In this document: positions 10,301 through 20,229 of the stretch, one piece after another
Numbering within the stretch: the stretch's first letter is position 1
Layout of the letters: each line of letters starts with the position of its first letter
Origin: Clostridia bacterium
Lineage (GTDB): Bacteria; Bacillota; Clostridia; UBA1212; UBA1255
Direction of reading: 5' to 3'
DNA: 64,000 nt
NCBI GenBank assembly: GCA_017508875.1
Contig: JAFWQX010000084.1
Span: 2,506 to 66,505 of the forward strand
Notes under the pieces: generated by a model
The model's input: the letters and a program-made list of their open reading frames with translations, nothing else
Told to the model about the DNA's origin: nothing
Databases searched by the model: none
Position numbers and translations under genes: made by a program

Positions 10301-10850
10301 CCTTTACACGTCTGAAGAGGGCGGAACTGCCGAATTCGGCGGCAATTCTCTAAAAGACGGAGACGAAGTGGTTATCGCCGGTATAATTACGTCGATCAAA
10401 AAGAAGACGACGAAGAGCAATGCAGTAATGGCATTTCTTACTGTTGAAGATCTTTTCGGAAGTTTTGAAGTTATTCTGTTCCCGAAATCGTATGAAAAGT
10501 ACGGAAAACTGTTATCTCCGGACATGATCGCAGTATTTAACGGTCGTCTGAACGTACGTGAAGACGAGGAGCCTAATATATACTGCTCCGCTGTATCTCC
10601 TATAGATTCCTTTAAGGTGAAGAATGATACCGGATATGCCAGAGAAAGCGGAAAAGATTTTTACGTAAGAGCAGCTAAATTAGACGCTGTAAAGGCATTC
10701 TGCGGATTTTTTTCTTCGGGCGGAAAAACAGAAGAGATAAGGGTCTTTACGATCGGAAACGACGGAAGCAGGAGCACTGAACCTGCCGCAAAATTCAATA
10801 TCATGTTCAGCGGCGACATCAAAAAAGCGCTCGAATCTATATGCAACTGA
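7399..10850 (+). pseudogene. dnaE: DNA polymerase III alpha subunit DnaE, interrupted by an apparent 1-nt deletion (ORF 7399..9720 continues in the +2 frame as 9606..10850)
   Basis: The N-terminal part starts at TTG 7399 (RBS gacggag) with a PHP domain (HLHVHTEYS). The C-terminal part begins in the other frame with ...[36 protein letters not shown], the conserved DnaE motif. Read together, the two frames give a protein of about 1150 aa. Confidence 0.8.
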
Positions 10851-11633
10851 TCAATGCTTTAACGAGGCTGCGATCGCAACTATTCCCGAAATGACCGGCT
10901 GATGCAGCAGGTATATTATCAGGCTGTGCCTGCCTATAAACGAAAGGATCCTGACAGGCAGGGCTTTATATGGAACTTTCGGAAGAAGCGATACCTGTTT
11001 TTTGTAAAGAGTTCTGCCTAAGAATACGCCCGTAATGAACCATCCGAGATGGGGAAGTACCGGAAAATAGTCTCCCGTAACGAAACCGTAAGGAACGAAT
11101 CCGAAAATCGCAAGTATTCTGGCAAAACCGTTAAGGTCGTATGCTTTCTTTGTTATTATATATCCGCTTACGATCAGTAAAACGGCAACGGCCGGCAGTA
11201 CGTATAACGGTATCTTTTTGATGAGCCCGTACAAGATCATACAGAAGCCCAGCAGATGCAATATGCCCCAGTATATAACAATATCTTTCCCGGCAAGCCC
11301 GGTAAGATACATGACGTAAGTGACCCAGGTGATCACCAGGCCCGCGCCTAAAACAATGAAGCCGCGTTTTAAAAAGCTGTGCCCCAGGGTGACGCAGATC
11401 CCGGAAAGAATTATGAAAAGAACACCTCCGTTTTCCTGTATGAAATCGAACCAGGCGGGGGTCTTTACGTTCATATCGAGGAAGTAAGTCAGATCAAATA
11501 TGAGGTGGACAATAACTACGCCTATTATTGCGATTCCGCGAAAGGCGTCAAGTTCCCATATTCGTTCCTTTTTAACCTGACCAAATTCATCAGGCTGCGT
11601 ATCGTCAACGTCGCTGTGTGAGATCGTTTTCAT
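10851..11633 (-). CDS. polytopic membrane protein, DUF1624/acyltransferase-3-like (DAFRGIAI motif)
   Basis: The protein is hydrophobic and multi-TM. The start was moved to the ATG at 11633 (MKTISH...), because the upstream extension is lysine-rich junk with no RBS. Confidence 0.5.
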   Translation of the reverse strand: MKTISHSDVDDTQPDEFGQVKKERIWELDAFRGIAIIGVVIVHLIFDLTYFLDMNVKTPAWFDFIQENGGVLFIILSGICVTLGHSFLKRGFIVLGAGLVITWVTYVMYLTGLAGKDIVIYWGILHLLGFCMILYGLIKKIPLYVLPAVAVLLIVSGYIITKKAYDLNGFARILAIFGFVPYGFVTGDYFPVLPHLGWFITGVFLGRTLYKKQVSLLPKVPYKALPVRILSFIGRHSLIIYLLHQPVISGIVAIAASLKH

Positions 11634-11854
11634 TCTTTTCCCGTTCTTTTTTTTGAGCCGTTTGTTTTTCCTTTCATCTACGGAGTGGCAGGATGATATT
11701 ATCATAAATTTCCTGTTTTGTGAAGTACAGCCGAAGCGCGTGGAAGACATAATATAAAATATATATTATGTATTGGTTGACGAATTATGCTCAAATAATA
11801 CGCCGAAAAAGCAAATAAACAAAGAGAACGTCGAAATTTGTCGATAAAAAGTTA

Positions 11855-11883
11855 TTGCGTTTTTCGCGGCTGAATTGTATAAT
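11855..11883 (+). promoter_or_regulatory. sigma-A-type promoter TTGCGT-17-TATAAT with extended TG
   Basis: -35 TTGCGT at 11855-11860 and TG at 11876-11877 plus TATAAT at 11878-11883. The element lies in an AT-rich intergenic region ahead of the pilin-like trio. Confidence 0.6.
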
Positions 11884-11929
11884 CACAACGCAGCATGATC
11901 GAAGAAAAATAATCAGCGGGGTGTATACG

Positions 11930-12124
11930 ATGAACACATTGGAAACAGCCATAATATGGCCTGTGATTTTTATTGTTTTTACGGCGGGAATGATCCTCGG
12001 GATCAGAACTGCGCAGGTTTCTTTTAAACAAATCGAGCGCTACGGCGAAGAAAGCAGCAGCTTTTCGCCGTCAGACATCAGGAGGATCGTGGAGGTCGTA
12101 TATGAGACGATTGATGATATTTAA
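11930..12124 (+). CDS. small TadE/Flp-pseudopilin-like membrane protein (64 aa)
   Basis: The N-terminus LETAIIWPVIFIVF matches the TadE-like E-x-A-[IL]-x-x-P-[VL] motif followed by a hydrophobic helix. The start was moved downstream of the promoter. Confidence 0.5.
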   Translation: MNTLETAIIWPVIFIVFTAGMILGIRTAQVSFKQIERYGEESSSFSPSDIRRIVEVVYETIDDI

Positions 12125-14189
12125 TAAAAAAGGGTTTATAACTGTGCCCGCGGCACTGATCCTCGCCGTAACATGTCTGTTCGAGCTTGTACTTGCGGAT
12201 GCAGCCTCCTTGGTTTCTGCTAAATATTTCTACGATAAGCGGGCGTCTTTGGCGTTAGAAAGCATCCTGGCTTCATACGACAGCGTACTGTTTGCAAAAT
12301 ATGACCTGTTAGGGCTGAACCTGTCTCATTATAGTGAAGCGGAAACAGATTTCATAAAGTATATCAGCGAACCGGTGCGAGGTGACGTCATATCTTTTTC
12401 GCGGCTTCACAGGAAAGATTATGAGCTGAGTTTTCTTGACTCGTTTGCCAGACCTGACGGACTTAAAGATGCGATCTGTTCGCATATGAAATATAAGAGT
12501 GTTGCCAACGGAGCTGTTTTCATCGGTCAGGCGCTCGGCCTTATCAAAGATGCCGGTGAAATGACCGGCGCCGCAGCTGACGTTGCTGAAGGAGAAAAAA
12601 TACTGTCAGAAGCAAAAGATGAACTTGAGGACTTAAAGATCAAGATAACAGGGCTTTTCAGCGGCGATTCTTTTTGCGTGAACGGGTACGTCAGCAGGAA
12701 ATATCTTTTCCTGCTGTCGGAAGGACGGCTGATCTCAAAAGCCGTCACACTTGACTCTTTTAGCGACGGGGCGTCATTGATACGGGAGGCGCTTGAAGCG
12801 TTTAATTCATTGCTTTTTGTGTACCGGGGGTTGAATACAGATGCTTATAATATTATCTCGGATCTTAAATACAAAGCGGGTCAGATCGAAAAATGTGCTG
12901 AAAGGGCTGAATCGAGACTGTATGATATAAACGATGAAAGTACGAGAAACTCTTTGAAAAAAAGTATTGCCAGACTGAGAGCGGAAGCTACGGTACTGGC
13001 GAACGACGGACTTGTTGACCCGCTTCGAAATAACGTTGAAGAACTGAATAAACGCAGCGGTTATATCTCTGAAAATATACTTATGGTCGATGCCGTATAC
13101 GCTGCTTCGGGTGAGCGGCTGCCTGATATTGACACCGATATCGACGTTTCAAAATTTTCGGAAAATCTGATCAACGCGCTTGACGATGCAGGAATCAGAA
13201 CCGATCTTAAGTCAGATACTTTTTATACTGCGCCGGATGAAAATCTGATTGAATTCGATTCACGCAAAAAGAAACTTGAAGACCTGAACATATACTCTTC
13301 CGACTCATACGTTGTCCCTGATTCAGTATATGCCACGCTTCCTTCAGTTAGAGCAGACGTCCGGAGCAGCGGGTTTGAATTATTTGATTCATTCGAAGAC
13401 GCGGACGGATTTATCCAAAAACTGACCGGTGCTTCTGAGCCTTACACTTTAAAAGAAGCGGGAGAAGATCTTTTAAATAAATATCTTATCTGTGACTATG
13501 CGGCGTCGTATCTCTCGGATATCAGCCAGAAGACTGCCTCGGCGGTAGGTAATGATTTTATATGCGAAAAGGAGTACGTTCTTGGAGGGCATAAAGAGAG
13601 CGAAGAAAATATTAAGAAGGTTTCGAATCTGTTGCTGGGGATCAGGTTCATATTTAATTTCGTGCATTGCTACAACGACGAAGTGAAGCACGGATTCGCA
13701 TCTGAGATCGGAAACGCTATTGCCGCAGCACTTACCGGAGGCGCAGGAGGAGAATTGTTCGCGATACTGCTCATCGGAGCATGGTCGCTTGCCGAATCTT
13801 ATATTGACGTAAAGGAACTCAGAAGCGGGAATAAAGTTCCTGTGATAAAGACGGAAAAGACGTGGAAAAGTTCGATCGACGGGCTTATCAGTATGATCGG
13901 TCCGGACAATGAAGAAGAGCAGGATGATGAGAAAACTTTTGCACTTGATTACGGACAATACCTTCTGCTTCTTATGCTGCTTACTCCGGCGGATACGGTG
14001 CTATACCGTATAGCTGACGTTATTGAGATCAATATGACTGATTACGTCGGAGAGAGATATATGCTCTCTGCAGTTTTTAATAAACTTTCATGTAAAGTAA
14101 AATACGAGCCTAAACTGCTTTCGCCGCTGTTTGGCTCATTCGGAAAGGAGAGGCTTGAAATTGAAATCAAAGAGACCGCTTCTTATTAA
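12102..14189 (+). CDS. large (695 aa) N-terminally anchored, mostly alpha-helical protein, possibly TadG-like
   Basis: The N-terminal TM segment is FITVPAALILAV. The C-terminus has glycine-rich and hydrophobic segments. The gene overlaps both flanking TadE-like genes. Confidence 0.55.
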   Translation: MRRLMIFNKKGFITVPAALILAVTCLFELVLADAASLVSAKYFYDKRASLALESILASYDSVLFAKYDLLGLNLSHYSEAETDFIKYISEPVRGDVISFSRLHRKDYELSFLDSFARPDGLKDAICSHMKYKSVANGAVFIGQALGLIKDAGEMTGAAADVAEGEKILSEAKDELEDLKIKITGLFSGDSFCVNGYVSRKYLFLLSEGRLISKAVTLDSFSDGASLIREALEAFNSLLFVYRGLNTDAYNIISDLKYKAGQIEKCAERAESRLYDINDESTRNSLKKSIARLRAEATVLANDGLVDPLRNNVEELNKRSGYISENILMVDAVYAASGERLPDIDTDIDVSKFSENLINALDDAGIRTDLKSDTFYTAPDENLIEFDSRKKKLEDLNIYSSDSYVVPDSVYATLPSVRADVRSSGFELFDSFEDADGFIQKLTGASEPYTLKEAGEDLLNKYLICDYAASYLSDISQKTASAVGNDFICEKEYVLGGHKESEENIKKVSNLLLGIRFIFNFVHCYNDEVKHGFASEIGNAIAAALTGGAGGELFAILLIGAWSLAESYIDVKELRSGNKVPVIKTEKTWKSSIDGLISMIGPDNEEEQDDEKTFALDYGQYLLLLMLLTPADTVLYRIADVIEINMTDYVGERYMLSAVFNKLSCKVKYEPKLLSPLFGSFGKERLEIEIKETASY

Positions 14190-15213
14190 ATTCAAGTCCC
14201 CGGGCGGATGTGAGGGCAGTTCCACTCTTGAGGCATGCATCATAATGCCTGCGGTCATATCTGTCCTGCTTTTCTTTATCTGCCTCCTTCAGACTGTCAC
14301 GGCGCTTAACTGTCTTGATAAAGCGCTTATAAATACTGCGCGTATGCTCTCTGATTACGGGATACTGTATCATGAATACGGTTTGAAAGAATTAGAAAAC
14401 AAAGCATTGTCAAAAATCGGTTCATTCCTTGAAGAGAAGACCGGCTCTTCCGAAGGCAGCAGCGTATTGTTTAAATTTGCGGGGTTAAGGGAATGTGCTT
14501 CGTCATTAGACGACGTTCTGTATACTCAGATGAGTGCGACTATATGCAGGTATTATCTTGATAAAGACCCGCTGATAAAAGACGGATATATAAAACTTGA
14601 AAAACTGTCACTTAACGGGAGCGCTTTTTACAATGAAGGGGATGATATCGAATTATACGCTTCGGCGATGGTTTTCGGCAGGATCAAAATAGGGACGAGT
14701 ATAAAAACACGCGCCTGGATAAGGGGGAATGACCCGCTGCTCTCAATAAACGAATCAGGTACTACAGTCTGGGAACTTACTAATTTTGCGAGAGGTAAAA
14801 TATTGCGTACGATCTTTGGAGGAAACCTGCCATATGATTATCCGGTGATTTCTGCATTCGATGAGGATACAGGTCTGGCAACGATGATAAAGAGCCTCGA
14901 TTTTACCGGACCGTATTATGCAAGCGGTAAAAATATGGAGAAAGAGCTGAAGGAGATGATAAACAGACTTGATAAATTTGATTCATCGGACGGATATGAG
15001 TTAAAAGATGATTATCCCGTCATAAAAAACGGCATGATAAGGTCGAAAAAGCTGTTTCTGGTCATGCCTCTTAACGAACTGGGAGAAAAACAGGCGGAGG
15101 CTTTGAGAAATACTATCATTTTAGCCGGATCGAAGGGGATCAATATTGAGACGGTGCTCTATCAGAAGTCTTCGAGATTCGTAAAAGAAGATGAAACCGG
15201 CGGTGGTCAATAG
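14161..15213 (+). CDS. TadE-like domain protein (about 350 aa)
   Basis: GSSTLEACIIMPAVISVLLFF fits the TadE-like N-terminal motif. RBS aaggagag at 14144-14151 favours the TTG start at 14161. Confidence 0.55.
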   Translation: MKSKRPLLIKFKSPGGCEGSSTLEACIIMPAVISVLLFFICLLQTVTALNCLDKALINTARMLSDYGILYHEYGLKELENKALSKIGSFLEEKTGSSEGSSVLFKFAGLRECASSLDDVLYTQMSATICRYYLDKDPLIKDGYIKLEKLSLNGSAFYNEGDDIELYASAMVFGRIKIGTSIKTRAWIRGNDPLLSINESGTTVWELTNFARGKILRTIFGGNLPYDYPVISAFDEDTGLATMIKSLDFTGPYYASGKNMEKELKEMINRLDKFDSSDGYELKDDYPVIKNGMIRSKKLFLVMPLNELGEKQAEALRNTIILAGSKGINIETVLYQKSSRFVKEDETGGGQ

Positions 15214-15339
15214 CTTCAGGCATTCTCCTGTACTATTTCGCTTCACTATTTCTCTTTACTTTAAAGTGTTTTTCGTTGTATAATCCGATCAGACCTTGAT
15301 GAAGGTAACAGGTATTTTTCAAATATCTTCGGAGGAAAT

Positions 15340-16149
15340 ATGAAAACAGCTTTTTCAACACTCGGATGTCCTGACTGGGACTGGGACGTGATTTTAGCGA
15401 CTGCAAAAGATATGGGGTTTAACGGCATAGAGATAAGGGGTATAGCTAATGAGATATACGCTCCGAAGATACCGGAGTTTCAGCATGCCCGCATAGAAGA
15501 GTCCGCCGCGAAGCTGAAGAAAATGAAGCTTGAGATCAGCTGTCTTACTTCTGCCTGTTATCTTTATGATAAACAGACCGGGGACAGAATGATAGCCGAA
15601 GGGAAGGAATATATTGACCTCGCAGAAGCGCTCGGCGTTCCTTTTGTGCGCGTACTCGGAGATAAGGATCCTCAGCCCGGTAAGGATATTGACGACGCAT
15701 ACGTCGCATCGGCGCTGAAAAAGCTCTGCTCTTACGCGAAAGGGAGAGGAGTTACGGTACTTATCGAAACCAACGGTGTTTTCGCCGATTCTAACAGGAT
15801 GCTGAAATTGCTTGAACTCGTAGACGACGAAACTCTCGGAGTACTTTGGGACGTGCATCATCCGTACAGATATTTTTCCGAAGCGCCCGAATATACATGG
15901 TCGCTGCTGCATGACCGCATAAAATACCTCCACGTTAAAGATTCCGTACTGCTGCCTGACGGGAAACTCCGTTATAAAATGATGGGATACGGAGACGTTC
16001 CGCTTGAAGAGACTTTGAAGCTTCTCAAAAGCAGCGGATATGACGGATATATCACTCTCGAATGGGTAAAGCGCTGGTATTCAGAGCTTGAGGAGCCCGG
16101 AGTCGTATTCATGCAGTTTAAGAGTTATGTAAACCGAAAACTCAGATGA
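15340..16149 (+). CDS. sugar phosphate isomerase/epimerase (xylose-isomerase-like TIM barrel)
   Basis: The 269-aa product has the typical AP-endonuclease-2/TIM-barrel pattern (GFNGIEIRG, HVKD). The gene is preceded by a TGTATAAT-like -10 element. Confidence 0.7.
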   Translation: MKTAFSTLGCPDWDWDVILATAKDMGFNGIEIRGIANEIYAPKIPEFQHARIEESAAKLKKMKLEISCLTSACYLYDKQTGDRMIAEGKEYIDLAEALGVPFVRVLGDKDPQPGKDIDDAYVASALKKLCSYAKGRGVTVLIETNGVFADSNRMLKLLELVDDETLGVLWDVHHPYRYFSEAPEYTWSLLHDRIKYLHVKDSVLLPDGKLRYKMMGYGDVPLEETLKLLKSSGYDGYITLEWVKRWYSELEEPGVVFMQFKSYVNRKLR

Positions 16150-16161
16150 TGGAGTGTTAAA

Positions 16162-17628
16162 ATGAATCTGTATTCTGTTGGCCTTGTGACGGACGATGAA
16201 AAAGGTTTTGACCTCGCCGCTGTGATCGCGAAAAGCGGGTTCAGCGTATCGCTGTATATGACAGTATTTGATACGCTTACCGATGAAGAGCAAAAAAGCC
16301 TTATGGCAGATTGCGCCGAACTAAATATAAACGTGAGCACAGACCTGGATTCTTTCGCCCTTGCGCTCGAATCTCCCAAAAAGATCTTCATGTACAGCTC
16401 CTCTTCGGATTTTAACGCAAAGATCCTGCCGGGACTGCTTTCTGAACTGAATCCCGATGACGCGCTTGCGAATCTTTGCGATATGAATTTCAGCGAAGCG
16501 GCTGATATCGTTGAAGAACAGAAAAAACGCGGCGTTTTTTATCTTCCGACAGGCTTTCCGAGAGCTAGGATCGATGTTGAATCAGGCATTTCGATCATGC
16601 CCGGAGGGTACTACGAAGGTTATGAAAAAATGCGCGGAGTGTTCAGCGAGATCGCAGTGCGCGATGAAGAGGGATTCGTATGCTGCCCCTATATAGGTCC
16701 TGCCGGATCTGGTCAATACGTTAAAATGGTTGTTAACGGGCTCGAATATGCGCTTCTGGAGATCAATGCGGAGCTGATAAACCTTATAAAAGCATTCTGC
16801 ACGAAGGAAAACGATGATATTATCGAGATCTTATCGGATATTAACAGCACCGAATCGGAATCTTTCTTTCTCGAAATGTTTACGGATATTTACAGCAGAT
16901 ATGATTCCGTGACGGGGAAACCGATAACCTCTCTTGTCTCTGATTCGGTAGAATACGGCAGAAGCGTCGTCTGGCTCTGTAATGAAGCTATGAACCTCGG
17001 AATACCGCTATCTACCGTTAATGCGTCCCTGGAACTTAGATTTCTTACCGCGCTGAAAAGCGAAAGGATCGCATCGTCCAAGATAATAGGCGATATCGAT
17101 ATTCAGAAAGTGCCTGAGCAGAACAGAAGGCTGTTTATCGAAAGGCTCAGGAAAGCAGCATATCTTGCGGGGATCTGTGCATTTGCTCAGTGCTTCGGCC
17201 TGCTGCGCAGCGCTTCCGAAAAATATAACTGGGATCTTGATATGCTGGCTATTTCACGGACTATGCAGGTGAATTCGTATACGAGATCCAGATGCCTTAA
17301 CCGAATAATCGAAGCGTTCGACAGAAATTACAAGCTTCACAATCTTTTTACCGATACTTATTTTCAGAAATGCGCTTCATCATACAGCAGCAGCATACGT
17401 TATATAATAGCGATGGGAATGTCTGGCGGTATCCCTGTTCCGGCGATGACGGCCGCGCTCGAATATATTGACCAGTACAGGTCAACGGATCTCGGCTCCG
17501 GAATTATTCAACTTTCCAGAGATTACGTTATAGGATCAGGCTACCAGAGAATTGACCGGCCCGGCGTGTATAATGCAAACTGGGAGGATCAGGAAAGACT
17601 GATACGTGAAAAAATGATAAGCAATTGA
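16162..17628 (+). CDS. 6-phosphogluconate-dehydrogenase-like protein with a degenerate N-terminal dinucleotide-binding motif
   Basis: The central GPAGSGQYVKMVVNGLEYALLEI matches the Gnd catalytic region (Lys and Glu conserved). The N-terminus VGLVTDDEKGFD lacks the GxGxxG motif. Confidence 0.6.
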   Translation: MNLYSVGLVTDDEKGFDLAAVIAKSGFSVSLYMTVFDTLTDEEQKSLMADCAELNINVSTDLDSFALALESPKKIFMYSSSSDFNAKILPGLLSELNPDDALANLCDMNFSEAADIVEEQKKRGVFYLPTGFPRARIDVESGISIMPGGYYEGYEKMRGVFSEIAVRDEEGFVCCPYIGPAGSGQYVKMVVNGLEYALLEINAELINLIKAFCTKENDDIIEILSDINSTESESFFLEMFTDIYSRYDSVTGKPITSLVSDSVEYGRSVVWLCNEAMNLGIPLSTVNASLELRFLTALKSERIASSKIIGDIDIQKVPEQNRRLFIERLRKAAYLAGICAFAQCFGLLRSASEKYNWDLDMLAISRTMQVNSYTRSRCLNRIIEAFDRNYKLHNLFTDTYFQKCASSYSSSIRYIIAMGMSGGIPVPAMTAALEYIDQYRSTDLGSGIIQLSRDYVIGSGYQRIDRPGVYNANWEDQERLIREKMISN

Positions 17629-17649
17629 CCCGGAAGGGCGGTTTCTGCG

Positions 17650-18282
17650 TTATTCAGCAGGCGTATGGCGGCCTTTGGTCCGTTCGACATACTCCTGCTC
17701 TTTTTTTCTGTCTTCTTCGTAACGAATATCTTTTTTAGTCGCTGAGTACATTGACGCGGTAAAATACGCATGGATAAAAAACAGTACGGCGCCGGTGAAT
17801 TTGAACGGGATGCCTGTGAAACGTGAGATCATAACCATAAAATCCTGAAAACCGATCGTCCACCAGCTGAATATTGTGAAAAAGCCTGTCAGCCCGTTCG
17901 GCTGGCCCTGACCTGCGATATAACCGGCGAAAAACAGAATATAAGAAATAACGCCGATCATCTGATAGAAAAAAATGCCTTTAGTGACCGCAGTCTGCCT
18001 GCTTATGCGGCAAATGATGCAAAACGGAACGTGTATAAAGTAGAGTACAAGGCTGAGCGTAAACGCAAGCGGCGAAATAACACTGTTTTCAACGTCAGCT
18101 TTCGAAAGACCGAATATGAAAACAGCGAGCACGTTCATGACTATTATCAATGCTGCAAGCAAAATACTTTTAATATTCGGATTCAGTCCGGAAAGCAATT
18201 TATTCATAAAATCAATCCCGCAGATCCTTGAAATAATAACGCGGTCTTCCTGTACGGCCCGGCCGCAAATAAAGTATATCAT
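17650..18282 (-). CDS. polytopic membrane protein of unknown function
   Basis: The protein has several hydrophobic helices. The start is uncertain: an alternative ATG lies at 18207. Confidence 0.45.
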   Translation of the reverse strand: MIYFICGRAVQEDRVIISRICGIDFMNKLLSGLNPNIKSILLAALIIVMNVLAVFIFGLSKADVENSVISPLAFTLSLVLYFIHVPFCIICRISRQTAVTKGIFFYQMIGVISYILFFAGYIAGQGQPNGLTGFFTIFSWWTIGFQDFMVMISRFTGIPFKFTGAVLFFIHAYFTASMYSATKKDIRYEEDRKKEQEYVERTKGRHTPAE

Positions 18283-18296
18283 AATATAAAAACCAT

Positions 18297-18325
18297 TTGC
18301 AAATCACATGCTGAAGGAATATAAT
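18297..18325 (+). promoter_or_regulatory. sigma-A promoter TTGCAA-17-TATAAT upstream of mscL
   Basis: -35 at 18297-18302 and -10 at 18320-18325. Confidence 0.6.
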
Positions 18326-18369
18326 AACAACACGTTTTCCACGTGACTTTAAAAAAGGAGTAGAGGACA

Positions 18370-18861
18370 ATGGGATTTTTCAAAGAGTTTAAAGAATTTG
18401 TAATGCGGGGCAACGTTATCGATATGGCAGTCGGCGTTGTTATCGGCGGTGCGTTCGGTAAGATCGTTACGAGCCTGGTCAATGACGTGGTCATGCCTCC
18501 GATCGGTCTCGCCATTGGCGGTGTCGCTTTTTCTGAACTGAAAGCGACGTTAAAACCCGCTATTCTGGCAGAAGACGGAGAAACTGTCGTTAAAGAAGCC
18601 GTTACCCTGAACTACGGTAACTTCATCCAGACCATTCTTGAATTCCTTATCATTGCGCTTTGCATCTTCATTGTAATTCGCACGATCAACAAAATAAGGA
18701 AAAAGATCGAAGAGAAGAAAGCCGCTGAAGAAGCAGCAAAAGCAGCCGCAGAAGCCGCAGCCGCTGAAGCAGCTGCCGAAGAAGCTCCCGCAGCTCCGAC
18801 TGAAGCTGAGCTCCTTGCAGAGATCAGGGACCTTCTCAAAAAAGAAAAAGGCGAAGCATGA
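18370..18861 (+). CDS. mscL: large-conductance mechanosensitive channel MscL with an extended Ala/Glu-rich C-terminal tail
   Basis: The N-terminus [30 protein letters not shown] is the MscL signature. The tail [25 protein letters not shown] is low complexity. Confidence 0.9.
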   Translation: MGFFKEFKEFVMRGNVIDMAVGVVIGGAFGKIVTSLVNDVVMPPIGLAIGGVAFSELKATLKPAILAEDGETVVKEAVTLNYGNFIQTILEFLIIALCIFIVIRTINKIRKKIEEKKAAEEAAKAAAEAAAAEAAAEEAPAAPTEAELLAEIRDLLKKEKGEA

Positions 18862-18900
18862 ACGTAAGTTTATGAAGTGTCGATGACATGGTCCAATTTA

Positions 18901-18927
18901 AATGCCCGGCCGATCCAGCCGGGCATT
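18901..18927. terminator. bidirectional rho-independent terminator between convergent mscL and ychF
   Basis: A 10-bp stem aatgcccggc/gccgggcatt with an 8-nt loop, flanked by A/T-rich runs on both sides. Confidence 0.7.
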
Positions 18928-18949
18928 AATTGTATTCGGACCGATCGAC

Positions 18950-20044
18950 TTAAACGTTGAAACGGAACAGCGTAACGTCTCCGTCTTTCATCACGTACTC
19001 TTTTCCTTCCGAGCGGACAAGGCCTTTTTCCTTAGCCGCGTTGTACGATCCGCAGGCCATAAGGTCATCGTAGGCAACGATCTCTGCGCGTATAAATCCT
19101 TTTTCAAAATCCGAATGGATCTTTCCCGCGGCCTGAGGCGCTTTAGTCCCGTTCGTAATAGTCCAGGCGCGTACTTCCTTCGGCCCCGCGGTGAGGAAAC
19201 TGATGAGGCCTAAAAGCTTATAACCTGCTTTTATCAACTGATCAAGCCCGGATTCTTTAATTCCGAGTTCGGTCAGAAATTCAATGCGTTCATCGTCCGG
19301 AAGGGAAGCTATCTCTTCTTCAAGCCTGCTGCATACGGTGATCATCTCTGCATGTTCGGAATCCGCAAGCGCTTTCAGTTCTTTTACAAAATCCGAGGCG
19401 TAAGGATCGGCAACGTCGTCTTCAGATATATTTGCCACGTAAATTATCGGTTTTGAAGTCAGCAGAAACAGCGACTTAAGTACTTCTCCCTCTTCATCAC
19501 TCAATTCGAGCGATCTCGCGGGCTTTTCTTCACCCAGATGTGCTTCGATTTTTTTTAGAGTCTCGAGTTCGGCCAATATCTTCCTGTCTCCGCTCTTCGC
19601 CATTTTCCCCGTACGTTCTATCCTGCGTTCCACCTGTTCAAGGTCGCTGAGGATCAGTTCGAGATTTATAGTTTGCACGTCTCCTGAAGGGCTTACCGAA
19701 TTTTCAACGCGAATGATATCGTCGGAGGCAAAGCAGCGTACAACGTGTGCGATAGCATCGCATTCTCTGATATGAGAGAGAAATTTATTTCCGAGCCCTT
19801 CGCCCTTGCTGGCGCCTTTCACCAATCCGGCGATGTCAACGAATTCGATTACAGCAGGCGTTCTTTTTTCGGGGGAATACATCTCGCAAAGCCTGTCGAT
19901 ACGCTCGTCAGGTACTGCGACCGTTCCGACGTTCGGCTCAATGGTGCAGAAAGGATAGTTTGCACATTCCGCTCCTGCTTTTGTAATGGCATTAAACAAA
20001 GTACTTTTTCCTACGTTCGGTAATCCGACGATTCCTATTTTCAT
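18950..20044 (-). CDS. ychF: ribosome-binding ATPase YchF (Obg-family GTPase)
   Basis: GLPNVGKSTLFNAIT P-loop and a C-terminal TGS domain. The length is 364 aa. Confidence 0.9.
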   Translation of the reverse strand: MKIGIVGLPNVGKSTLFNAITKAGAECANYPFCTIEPNVGTVAVPDERIDRLCEMYSPEKRTPAVIEFVDIAGLVKGASKGEGLGNKFLSHIRECDAIAHVVRCFASDDIIRVENSVSPSGDVQTINLELILSDLEQVERRIERTGKMAKSGDRKILAELETLKKIEAHLGEEKPARSLELSDEEGEVLKSLFLLTSKPIIYVANISEDDVADPYASDFVKELKALADSEHAEMITVCSRLEEEIASLPDDERIEFLTELGIKESGLDQLIKAGYKLLGLISFLTAGPKEVRAWTITNGTKAPQAAGKIHSDFEKGFIRAEIVAYDDLMACGSYNAAKEKGLVRSEGKEYVMKDGDVTLFRFNV

Positions 20045-20229
20045 ATTCTCTTCAGCTCCGGATTTATATTAAACGGCCTGGCTTAAATGCGACCGTATAC
20101 GGAATTATACCATCTTATTCAATTATTCTCAATAAAAACAACATTGAGAAAACTGCAAGAAAATATTATAATATCTTTCGGACTGTTTCAGCAGCGGCTG
20201 TACAGCTACTTTCAGGAAAGGGATTCGAA

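Noticed and set aside
11855-11929. N-terminal extension of the small TadE-like ORF
   Set aside because: A consensus promoter lies inside it. The start was moved to the ATG at 11930.
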